64,000 nucleotides of DNA from NCBI GenBank assembly GCA_964650945.1, contig CAZYXU010000002.1, forward strand, positions 22,105 through 86,104. Direction: 5' to 3'. The first letter of the stretch is position 1; each line of letters opens with the position of its first letter. This document shows, piece after piece, positions 27,443 through 36,066 of the stretch. Origin of the DNA: an uncultured Verrucomicrobiota bacterium (GTDB lineage Bacteria > Verrucomicrobiota > Kiritimatiellia > JAAZAB01). A program made the position numbers and the translations under genes. Under the pieces are notes generated by a model, which was given only the letters and a program-made list of their open reading frames with translations, did not search any database and was not told the origin of the DNA.

Positions 27443-28519
27443 CTACTGGGCCGCTGCGCCGTCAGCTTGATGCCAATGAAGTTCCATGGGCAACAGCATT
27501 GGCGCGGGCGAAGCACGCTTCCGGGGACCGCTCAGCAATTCCTCCATCAGATCGAAGGCCACTCGCCCCTGCTTGCGGTAAGGCGCGGTGATCAGGTTGG
27601 CATTGGCGGTAAGGCGGTCGGCAAAATACACCGGCGCGGGCCGCCAGTCACGGCATTGTTCGAGAAAATCAGCCACGCCGGCGGATAAATTCAATCCATT
27701 GACGACCACGGCTTCGGGACGCTGCTCCGGGGGGAGGTTATACAAGGCGCGCATCGCGCCTATCCCCTCCGCCGGTTCGTCCGCCAGCGCCTGCCACCAG
27801 GAGAGTTGGGGGCGCAGTTTCTGGGAGGCGTAATATTCATAATACGCCCGCGCGATGAAATCGCAGGTGCGTTCCACGCCCGTCTGGGTGTTCCGGCGCA
27901 CAATCGCCGCAATGCGCCTGCGGCCATTTTGTGACAGCCGGCGGCAGGCATCCAGCATGGCCTGGCGGCTGTCAAAAATCACCGCCGGAGCGCGCAACCC
28001 GGGGTAATGATTGCCGACACAGACGCACGGTAAACGCTCGGCGAGAAAGAACCTGATGGCGGCGGCATCCAGCGGCGATAAAACAAACACCCCGTTGATC
28101 TTCCGGCGCGTCACCAGGCAGGACAACGAAGACAAACCGTCGTCATCCACCTGGCGGCCGCGCGTGGTAAAAAGATGCAAGTGATGTTTTTGCGGACGCG
28201 CCCGTTCTTCAATGCCATGGACAATTTCCGCAATGAATCTTTCGGTGGAATCAAAAACATCGAAAAACACCACGCCGAATTCACGGAAGGCCCGGTCTGC
28301 CGGCTGGCGCACAATACTGCCGCGCCCCACCTGGCGCGAGACCAGGCCCTCGTGGGATAAATCGTTGAGCACCCGCCGGGCCGTGGCGCTGGAAACCTTG
28401 AAACGCTGGATCAACTGGCTCTCGGAAAGTTCCACATGCTTGCCGTCCAGGATTTCCGCCTTCAATTTCGTCCGGATGATCAGATGGGCCGGGACACGTT
28501 TCGGGGGGGGTGCCATCAT
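27443..28519 (-). CDS. Transcriptional regulator with N-terminal GntR-type wHTH fused to a LacI/periplasmic-binding-protein-like sugar-binding domain (AraR-like)
   Basis: N-terminal SESQLIQRFKVSSATARRVLNDLSHEGLV (GntR HTH), followed by a ~280-aa PBP type-I-like domain. Confidence 0.65.
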   Translation of the reverse strand: MMAPPPKRVPAHLIIRTKLKAEILDGKHVELSESQLIQRFKVSSATARRVLNDLSHEGLVSRQVGRGSIVRQPADRAFREFGVVFFDVFDSTERFIAEIVHGIEERARPQKHHLHLFTTRGRQVDDDGLSSLSCLVTRRKINGVFVLSPLDAAAIRFFLAERLPCVCVGNHYPGLRAPAVIFDSRQAMLDACRRLSQNGRRRIAAIVRRNTQTGVERTCDFIARAYYEYYASQKLRPQLSWWQALADEPAEGIGAMRALYNLPPEQRPEAVVVNGLNLSAGVADFLEQCRDWRPAPVYFADRLTANANLITAPYRKQGRVAFDLMEELLSGPRKRASPAPMLLPMELHWHQADGAAAQ

Positions 28520-28710
28520 ATAAGCTCCTTGCGGCCAACCAAAGTCGAATGTTATAATACTAATTCAGGGAAAGCAGAAATGCAAGCGAATTTTTACGAA
28601 GCGGGAATGGCAGGGGCATGCTTCGGAGGGCGCCGGGCACGGCGCAGCCATGCGACGGGGGGCGACCGGCTTGCGCGCGGACTTTTACCTGGAAGCGTAA
28701 AGCCGGGCAT

Positions 28711-29352
28711 TCAGGGCGGGGTATCCAGCGGTCCGGCCATGGAATTTTCCGCGTCGGCCACCATCCCCGGGTCCGGCGCCGCCGGCATTCCGCTGGAAAC
28801 CACCACCTGAGCCGGCCGCAGCAGGTAATCTCCCAGCCAATAGCCCTGGCGGGTTTGATCAATAATCATTCCTTCCGGAAATTCAGCGGATGGCAAATGC
28901 GCGACACACTCGTGGCATTGCGGATCGAAGGCCGTCCCGGCGGCCTCCATGGGCGCCACACCCGCCTTTTTCAACACGTCCAGGAGTTGGCTGTGCACCA
29001 GGGCCAGCCCATCGTAAATGGCCGTGGGAATGGCGCCGTCGCGCGCAGCTTTCAAACCCATTTCAAAATGGTCCAAAACCGGCAGCACGTCCTCTATCAA
29101 TCGTTCGGTGGCGCGGCGCGCGCGCAGCGCATCATCCCGTGCCACGCGCTTGCGATAGTTGTCAAAATCCGCCTGCAGCCTTAATAACTGGTCGCGCAAC
29201 CGCGCCGTTTCGTCCGCCGGCACGGGCGTCTCCGCCGGCGCGGCGGACGCGGGATTGGCCAGGCCGCCGCCGGATTCCGGGGGCGGTGCGGACGCGGCCG
29301 CGTCATCCGGCAAGATTGCGCCATTTTCAATTGCATCAGCCATGGTATCCAT
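28711..29352 (-). CDS. grpE: Nucleotide exchange factor GrpE
   Basis: LQADFDNYRKR motif plus a C-terminal beta-domain. Confidence 0.85.
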   Translation of the reverse strand: MDTMADAIENGAILPDDAAASAPPPESGGGLANPASAAPAETPVPADETARLRDQLLRLQADFDNYRKRVARDDALRARRATERLIEDVLPVLDHFEMGLKAARDGAIPTAIYDGLALVHSQLLDVLKKAGVAPMEAAGTAFDPQCHECVAHLPSAEFPEGMIIDQTRQGYWLGDYLLRPAQVVVSSGMPAAPDPGMVADAENSMAGPLDTPP

Positions 29353-29616
29353 TCCTTAAATCAGCGGCCGCGCCACCGTGATGGCGGCGTCATACCCCAA
29401 GGTCGCCGGCAAAACAAAATCCGGAGCAGGCGCCAAACGGCGCTTTTTGCTCCGGAACCGCCCGGCGTTCGATCCCCGCCGGCGCAAATCTTCCGCAAGG
29501 TCATGATTCTAGCATTTATTCGGTTGTAATGGCAATCTGTTTGCGCCGCGATTTTTCTTCCGTGGTTTTGCCGCCGTCGCAGCGCCGCCCGGACGGACGG
29601 CGCTGCGCGGTTGACC

Positions 29617-30027
29617 TCAACCAGCCTCCACCGCAATTTTCCGCGGCTTGGCGTGTTCGGTCTTGGGCAGGGTAATGCTCAAGACGCCATTTGCCAACCG
29701 CGCTTTTATTTTTTCGCGGTCAATGTCCGTCGTCAAGGTAAACGCCCGGCGATAAACGCCGGTGGCATAACCGCGATATACCAACTGGCATTTCTCCGGC
29801 GCCTGATCTTCCTGATGCCCGGTAATCGTTAATACGTCATCTTCCAGGTCAATCTCAATACTGTTTTCCGCCACTCCGGGCATATCGCAAACGACCAGCA
29901 AGGCGTCTTCCTTCTCGAAGATATCGGCCGCCGGCGTAAACACCGGCAAGTCGCGCGTCAATTCCACCTGCGGGGCGGGATGCGGCGCGCGCTCCGCCGG
30001 AACATTTTTGTTTTTACTTTCATTCAT
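29617..30027 (-). CDS. Hsp20/alpha-crystallin family small heat shock protein
   Basis: Alpha-crystallin domain (FEKEDALLVVCDMPGV...GVLSITLPK). Confidence 0.85.
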   Translation of the reverse strand: MNESKNKNVPAERAPHPAPQVELTRDLPVFTPAADIFEKEDALLVVCDMPGVAENSIEIDLEDDVLTITGHQEDQAPEKCQLVYRGYATGVYRRAFTLTTDIDREKIKARLANGVLSITLPKTEHAKPRKIAVEAG

Positions 30028-30045
30028 GGTGCTTTCCTCCTTTGC

Positions 30046-30474
30046 TTATTCCGCGCTGATGGCGATTTTTTTCGGCTTGGCGGACTCCGCCCGGGGCATG
30101 TTGATCGTCAAAACCCCCAGTTTATACCGGGCTTTAATGCCGCCTGCTTCCACATCGAAAGGCAAACGCAAGCTGCGTACAAATTTACCCGAACTGCGCT
30201 CGCAGCGGTGGCAGACAACACCTTCCTGTAAATCTCCGCCGGCGCGTTCGCCTTCGATCGTAAGGACGTCCTGGTTGACGTTGATGCTGATATTCTTGGG
30301 ATCCACCCCCGGAATCTCGGCCGTCACCACCACTTCATCCTTGTTGCTCCAAACATTCACAGCCGGAAATTCATCGTCTCCCGCACCATAACCTTCGAAC
30401 AACCGGTTCATTTCCTGCTGCAAACGCCGGACTCCGCTGAACGGATCAGCTCCATACATACTTGTAAATAACAT
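30046..30474 (-). CDS. Hsp20/alpha-crystallin family small heat shock protein (second, tandem)
   Basis: Alpha-crystallin domain (VNVWSNKDEVVVTAEIPGV...GVLTINMPR). The likely start MLFTSMYG at 30474 has a GGAGGG SD 7 nt upstream. The track ORF starts at 30489. Confidence 0.85.
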   Translation of the reverse strand: MLFTSMYGADPFSGVRRLQQEMNRLFEGYGAGDDEFPAVNVWSNKDEVVVTAEIPGVDPKNISINVNQDVLTIEGERAGGDLQEGVVCHRCERSSGKFVRSLRLPFDVEAGGIKARYKLGVLTINMPRAESAKPKKIAISAE

Positions 30475-30730
30475 TTCCCAACCCTCCATTTAACCACCCG
30501 GGAGACCATCTCCCGAATTTCATTTAATTCTACAAGCAAATATCATGCCATAATATTAAAACAACCTTATCCAGCTTAATAATAAACACATACACGAATA
30601 CAAGGCAAAATTTATAAGTGTCACAATGACGCTTACGCCGGTTTTTTAAGAACACGCTAGCGTCATAATGACTCTTTACGACACAGAAAGCGGTTGTCAC
30701 TTTCCGGCAAAGAGTTGGTGGAGATTAGCG

Positions 30731-31462
30731 TTACTGCTTGATTTTGAAATCGCAAACCAGCGGCAGGTGGTCGGAAAAAACTACCCGGGGGATGCTGAAA
30801 TCGGTAATAGTTATTTCCGGGCTGTGGAGAATGAAATCAAGTTGCCGGCGCGGCGCCCAACTGGGAAATGAAGGCTGGCCGAATGGAAAGACGCTGGCCA
30901 GTCCCGTCGCCGCCATGAAAAGCCGGATTTCATTATCGCCCCAAAACGCATTAAAATCGCCGGCGACGATGCACGGTTTTCCGGTCTTGCGCACGAGGGT
31001 GTATAAATCATTCAACTGGGAATGCCGCGTGCGGAAGCGGAGCGAGAGGTGCACCAGAAAGATCACCAATTGTTCCAGTTCCAGTTCGATCACCAGGCGT
31101 TTGACACCCTTGTTGAAGTAATGGAATTTCTGGCGGCGGATGGCGCGATTGCTTAAAAAAGCGTTGACCTGCTTGCTCATGAGCGGCACACGCCGTACCC
31201 ACGAAGCGTGCGCATACTTGGATTGATAAACGTGATAATGCCCCAGGGCTTCCGCCATCAAGGCCGCCTGATTTAAACGGCGCGAACGGTAAGAACCGGC
31301 ATCCACCTCCAGTAGCCCGACCACATCCGGCGTCTGGCTGCGAATGAAGGTTATGATTTTTTCGACATTATCCCCGGTGCGGCCAAGGTATCCGCTCCAG
31401 GGAAGATGCCAGCGTCCGCCGCTGCCGGTGCCGTAACGCAAATTATAAAGGAGAAAACGCAT
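30731..31462 (-). CDS. Endonuclease/exonuclease/phosphatase (EEP) family protein
   Basis: EEP catalytic motifs (LLEVD, GDFNAF, SDHLPL). Confidence 0.75.
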   Translation of the reverse strand: MRFLLYNLRYGTGSGGRWHLPWSGYLGRTGDNVEKIITFIRSQTPDVVGLLEVDAGSYRSRRLNQAALMAEALGHYHVYQSKYAHASWVRRVPLMSKQVNAFLSNRAIRRQKFHYFNKGVKRLVIELELEQLVIFLVHLSLRFRTRHSQLNDLYTLVRKTGKPCIVAGDFNAFWGDNEIRLFMAATGLASVFPFGQPSFPSWAPRRQLDFILHSPEITITDFSIPRVVFSDHLPLVCDFKIKQ

Positions 31463-31477
31463 GGTTATCCAGGCAGA

Positions 31478-32839
31478 CTACCCGGCGGGCAGGGGCGGCA
31501 AAATTCCGCTGGCCGCGCCCAGCGCCGCGCCGTAGACGGCTGGCAGCGGCACGCCCAGCTTTTCCGCGAGGGCCAGGCAATCGCCATATTCGGGCACCGC
31601 CTTGATCTCCCGCCCGTCCCATGCTCCGATCTTTACCCGCACCGGCCCGTAGGGGGTGCAAACTTCCTGGTGCCGGCGCGCCAGGATGGTCCGCTGCACG
31701 GGGTGTTCGCGCACGCCGAAAGTCGTGCTCTCCAGGAAAATCGTCTCCAGGATGCGGGCGCGCTGGTCCGGCCGGCACAAGACGGTCAACAAAACTCCCG
31801 GGCGTTGTTTCTTCATCTGCACCGGAGTGACAAACACATCCAGCGCCCCCCCCGCCAGGAGACGTCCGGTCAGCGCCCCCACCAGTTCGGGGGTCGAGTC
31901 ATCCAGATTACATTCGAGTTCCAGACATTCGTCCGCGGTCGTTCCCGCGGCGGCGCCGGAGCGCAAGATGGCGCGTAAAAGATTGGGGCGCCCGTGCAGT
32001 TGCGCGTGCCCGAAACCGTAGCCCGCCCCCTGAATGCAGCCGGCGGGCGCCAGCGGCTGGGAGCGCCAAACGGTCAGCAAAGCCGCGCCAGTGGGCGTGA
32101 CCATTTCGAACGGTTCATCCGTGGCGATGGTGGGGAAGCCCCGCAACAACTCCACCGTGGCCGGCGCCGGCGAAGGCAGGAGGCCATGGGCGCACTTGAT
32201 GGTGCCGCATCCCAAAGGCAACGGGCCGACGGCGACTTCGGCCACCCCCAGCAATTCACGGGCCAGGCAGGCGCCGACAATATCCACGATCGAATCCACC
32301 GCGCCCACTTCATGAAAATGAATTTTATCCGGGGTAACGCCATGGACCCGGGCTTCGGCCCGGGCCAGGCTTTCGAAAACACGCAGGCTCATTTCCCGGG
32401 CGGCCGCCGGCAAATCGGCGGCCGCAATGATTCTTTGAATATCCGCCAGCCCGCGATGGGGGGCATGGGCCGCATGCTGCCCGTGCCCTTTGGCCGGGGT
32501 GTCCCCGCGGTCATGGGCATGCGGGTGGTCATGGGCTTGCGTGTCGGCATGAGCTTGCGCATGGTCATGGGCATGCGTATGGTCATGGGCGTCTACGCGA
32601 TGGCCGTGATGACGGCCGGCGGGGTGGACCGAGATTGCGGCATCCCCTACCCGGACCCGCACTTGCGTACCGCGCAAGCCGTGAAAGACGCCCCTTTCGG
32701 CCTCGATGGCGAAGGGTTCCAGTCCCAGCGTATCCAAACGGGCCTGCAATTCATCCCGGCTGACACCCAGATCGATCAGGGCGGCCAGGATCATATCGCC
32801 GCTGGCGCCACCCACACTCTGAAATTCCAGGATTTTCAT
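31478..32839 (-). CDS. larC: Nickel-pincer cofactor biosynthesis nickel insertion protein LarC (DUF111 family) with His-rich insert
   Basis: N-terminal MKILEFQSVGGASGDMILAALIDLG is the DUF111/LarC signature. It has a ~55-aa His-rich region (HHGHRVDAHDHTHAHDHAQAH...HDHPHAH). 4-nt overlap with larB. Confidence 0.8.
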   Translation of the reverse strand: MKILEFQSVGGASGDMILAALIDLGVSRDELQARLDTLGLEPFAIEAERGVFHGLRGTQVRVRVGDAAISVHPAGRHHGHRVDAHDHTHAHDHAQAHADTQAHDHPHAHDRGDTPAKGHGQHAAHAPHRGLADIQRIIAAADLPAAAREMSLRVFESLARAEARVHGVTPDKIHFHEVGAVDSIVDIVGACLARELLGVAEVAVGPLPLGCGTIKCAHGLLPSPAPATVELLRGFPTIATDEPFEMVTPTGAALLTVWRSQPLAPAGCIQGAGYGFGHAQLHGRPNLLRAILRSGAAAGTTADECLELECNLDDSTPELVGALTGRLLAGGALDVFVTPVQMKKQRPGVLLTVLCRPDQRARILETIFLESTTFGVREHPVQRTILARRHQEVCTPYGPVRVKIGAWDGREIKAVPEYGDCLALAEKLGVPLPAVYGAALGAASGILPPLPAG

Positions 32840-33585
32840 ACTCCCTGCCTGTTGATCATGGCGGCGGCGACGCCGGCGCCGAAGCCATTGTCGATATTCA
32901 CGACCGTCACTCCCGGCACGCAGGAATTCAGCATGGCCAGCAACGCGGTCAACCCCTGGAAACTCGCGCCGTAACCGGTGCTGGTCGGCACCGCGACCAC
33001 CGGGCAGGCCACCAGGCCGCCGATGACCGATGGCAAGGCGCCCTCCATGCCGGCCACCGCCACCAAGGCGCGGGCCTGGCGCAGATTTTCCAGTTGCCCC
33101 ATCAAACGATGCAGTCCGGCTACCCCGACATCATAGGCCCGTTCCACGCGCGCGCCCATCCATTCCGCCGTCAAGGCCGCCTCCTCCGCCACGGGGATAT
33201 CGGTCGTGCCGGCGCACACCACGGCCACGCGTCCGACCGGCGCCGGGACCTGGTCAACGGCAATGGTAATGGCGCGCGCCGTCTCGTGATAAATCGCCGC
33301 CGGCAGATTCCGGCAGACCTCGGCGGACTGTTCCGGGGAGGCGCGCGTGGCCAAGACGGGCTGGCCGGCGGCGTGCAACGCGCGCATCACCGCCGTGATT
33401 TGCGGCGCGGTTTTGCCCGGACAATACACCACTTCGGGAATCCGGCAACGCCGGCAACGGTCCAAATCCACCCGGGCAAAACCAAGATTCTCCACGGGGC
33501 GCTGCTCGAGACGCCGGACAGCTTCCGCCACCGGCACCTGCCCATGCGCCACCTGCTCCAGTAAATCCTTCAAATGCATGATCAA
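32836..33585 (-). CDS. larB: Nickel-pincer cofactor biosynthesis carboxylase/hydrolase LarB (PurE-like)
   Basis: PurE-like fold (VAVVCAGTTDIPVAEEA..., GMEGALPSV) and an N-terminal LarB-specific region. Confidence 0.8.
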   Translation of the reverse strand: MIMHLKDLLEQVAHGQVPVAEAVRRLEQRPVENLGFARVDLDRCRRCRIPEVVYCPGKTAPQITAVMRALHAAGQPVLATRASPEQSAEVCRNLPAAIYHETARAITIAVDQVPAPVGRVAVVCAGTTDIPVAEEAALTAEWMGARVERAYDVGVAGLHRLMGQLENLRQARALVAVAGMEGALPSVIGGLVACPVVAVPTSTGYGASFQGLTALLAMLNSCVPGVTVVNIDNGFGAGVAAAMINRQGV

Positions 33586-34472
33586 GGACCAGCGGCCACC
33601 GGCACGGCGCGGCCGGTTTCGATGGAACGGCGCGCGGCGGCCATGATGGCCAGGCCTTCCAACGATTGGCGCAGGTCCACCGGGGCCGGCCCGCCGCTGA
33701 AAAACTTTTTCATGGCGCGCATGATCGCCAGTTTATTCTGGCTGGTATCGCAAACAAACTGATGCACCCTGGTTTCGCCCTTGAATCCGCCCTGCACCCG
33801 GCCGCCATAACTGCCGCATTTTTTTACAACTTCAACCAATCCCTGGCGCTCCTGTCCGTAGTCCACCACCGCCACAACGCCGTTGGCGTTTTCCAGGGCC
33901 TGCACGCTTTGCGCCCCCGGCCCCATCAAACGCTGCAAGGCCTCCACCACATGCACGCCATACCAGATCAGGGAATCGCCGGCAGGCGCCAGGCCCAGCG
34001 GCCCGTACATATGCGCCAGGCGCGGTTCCGGCACGGCCGCCTGCGCCTGCGCGATTTCCGGCAAAAAAGGAATGGACGATCCGGACCAGACCCTGGTGCG
34101 GTGTTTTTGCGCCAGCCGCAGAATGGCGCGGCCGTCAGACAAACTGCAGGCCAGTGGCTTGTCCACAAACACCGGTTTGCCCAGGCCGGCCACCTTGCGG
34201 AAATACTCGAGGTGATAACTGCCGTCATTGATTTCCAGCATGACGGCGTCGCAGCCGTCCAGAGCTTCATCCAGGCTTTCCGTGACCTTGACGCCCAAGG
34301 CCGTCAACTGCTGCCGGCGATCGTCCAGGATTTTCTGATTGGTGAACGGCGTCAGGAAACTCAGGCAAGTCGCGGCCCGCATGCCCGCAATTTTACGCTC
34401 CGGCCCCTGAATGGCCGACGGGAACGCCACGCTGTGGCTGGTGTCCAATCCGATGATGGCAATCTTGATCAT
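33582..34472 (-). CDS. Gfo/Idh/MocA family NAD(P)-dependent oxidoreductase
   Basis: N-terminal Rossmann motif IKIAIIGLDTSH and the EKP-like motif in PVFVDKPLA. Confidence 0.75.
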   Translation of the reverse strand: MIKIAIIGLDTSHSVAFPSAIQGPERKIAGMRAATCLSFLTPFTNQKILDDRRQQLTALGVKVTESLDEALDGCDAVMLEINDGSYHLEYFRKVAGLGKPVFVDKPLACSLSDGRAILRLAQKHRTRVWSGSSIPFLPEIAQAQAAVPEPRLAHMYGPLGLAPAGDSLIWYGVHVVEALQRLMGPGAQSVQALENANGVVAVVDYGQERQGLVEVVKKCGSYGGRVQGGFKGETRVHQFVCDTSQNKLAIMRAMKKFFSGGPAPVDLRQSLEGLAIMAAARRSIETGRAVPVAAGP

Positions 34473-34527
34473 GTGAATTTACCTCTTTGATTTGTTATGC
34501 CGCAAAAAAATAAAGATCCGTTCCGCA

Positions 34528-36015
34528 TTACGGAGCAACGATCGCCGCGGTCTGATCGCTTTCCCGCTGCAGGCCGCCGGCCAGTCCGGCGGCGATGCGC
34601 GCGGTCAATTCGTCAATGGGCAGGCGAATCTGCCGCATGGTATCGCGGTCGCGCAGGGTAACGGTGTTGTCGGCGAGGGTGTCGAAATCAACCGTCACGC
34701 CATAAGGGGTGCCGATTTCATCCTGGCGCCGGTAGCGGCGGCCGATGGCGCCAGTCTGATCCCAGAAGCACGGCCAGGCGTCGCGCAGCATTTCGAACAC
34801 GTCGCGCGCCTTCCGGACAAGTTCCGGCTTGTTTTTAACCAGGGGAAAGACCGCCGCCTTGATGGGCGCCAGGATCGGCGCAAACCGCATCACGGTGCGC
34901 AACTCATAACCGGCGGGCGTTGGCCGTCCGGATTCCGCCGGGAGCACGCCCCCCGGGGTGCCGCCGGCCGGCACCCATTCCTCGGCATAGGCTTCGCAGA
35001 GCGCCGCCAGGGCGATGCGGTCCACGCCGGCGGACGGCTCCACCACGTGGGGAATGAATTTCTCCTTGGTTTCCTGGTCAAAATACTCCATGGACTTGCC
35101 GCTGTATTGCTGGTGGCGGCTGAGATCGTAGTCGCCGCGCGCGGCAATGCCCTCGAGTTCCTGAACGCCAAATGGAAATGCATACATGATATCCACGCAG
35201 GCGCTGGCGTAATGCGCCAATTCGCCGGCGGGATAGACATACTGTTGGAGTCGCTCCGCCGGCAGGCCGATGCGCCGGTACCACTCCATTCGCCGGGCCA
35301 CCCAGTAGGCATGCCATTCCTGATCGGTGCCGGGTTTGACGAAGAACTCCAGTTCCATCTGCTCGAATTCGCGGGAACGGAACGTGAAATTGCGGGGATT
35401 GATTTCATTGCGAAACGCCTTGCCGATCTGGGCGATGCCGAACGGCACCTTCTGGCGGGACACCGCCAGCACATTTTGAAACTGCACAAAAATTCCCTGC
35501 GCCGTTTCCGGGCGCAGATAGGCGATGGAGGAATCCTCCTCCACCGGCCCGATGAAAGTCTTGAACATCAAATTGAACGCGCGCGGCTGGGTCAATTCGG
35601 CGGATTGACAGGCCGGACAGCGCATACCCGGCGGCAACTGGAATCCCTGGCCGGTTTTGATCAACTGCGCGCCCTGATCCTCGCAGAGCATGTCGGCGCG
35701 GAAGCGTTTGCGGCAGGCGCGACAATCCACCATCGGGTCCACGAAGCCGGCGGTATGGCCCGAGGCTTCCCAGACCCGCGGGTTCATGATGATGGCGCAA
35801 TCCAGGCCGACGACATCTTCGCGCGTCTGGACGACGTCCCGCCACCAGGCTTCGCGGATATTGCGTTTCAGTTCGCAGCCCAGCGGCCCGTAATCCCAGA
35901 AACCGTTAAGACCCTCGTAAATTTCCGATCCCGGGAAGATGAATCCGCGGCGCTTGCAAAGGGAAACGAGCGCTTCCATCGTCACGCGGGGATGGTCTGG
36001 TGAATTTGAATTCAT
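34528..36015 (-). CDS. glyQS: Glycine--tRNA ligase (class II, alpha2 dimeric form)
   Basis: N-terminal motif CKRRGFIFPGSEIYEGLNGFWDYGPLG and the class II motifs. A start at M13 (35979) is more likely than the track start. Confidence 0.9.
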   Translation of the reverse strand: MNSNSPDHPRVTMEALVSLCKRRGFIFPGSEIYEGLNGFWDYGPLGCELKRNIREAWWRDVVQTREDVVGLDCAIIMNPRVWEASGHTAGFVDPMVDCRACRKRFRADMLCEDQGAQLIKTGQGFQLPPGMRCPACQSAELTQPRAFNLMFKTFIGPVEEDSSIAYLRPETAQGIFVQFQNVLAVSRQKVPFGIAQIGKAFRNEINPRNFTFRSREFEQMELEFFVKPGTDQEWHAYWVARRMEWYRRIGLPAERLQQYVYPAGELAHYASACVDIMYAFPFGVQELEGIAARGDYDLSRHQQYSGKSMEYFDQETKEKFIPHVVEPSAGVDRIALAALCEAYAEEWVPAGGTPGGVLPAESGRPTPAGYELRTVMRFAPILAPIKAAVFPLVKNKPELVRKARDVFEMLRDAWPCFWDQTGAIGRRYRRQDEIGTPYGVTVDFDTLADNTVTLRDRDTMRQIRLPIDELTARIAAGLAGGLQRESDQTAAIVAP

Positions 36016-36066
36016 AGCCGTTCATAGTGCCTTCTCCGCCGGCCGCGGTCAAGCAAAAACCGGCCG

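Noticed and set aside
29361-29636. 91-aa minus-strand ORF between hsp20 and grpE
   Set aside because: It has no RBS, spans the two hairpin structures and is Arg-rich. It is more likely non-coding regulatory or terminator sequence.
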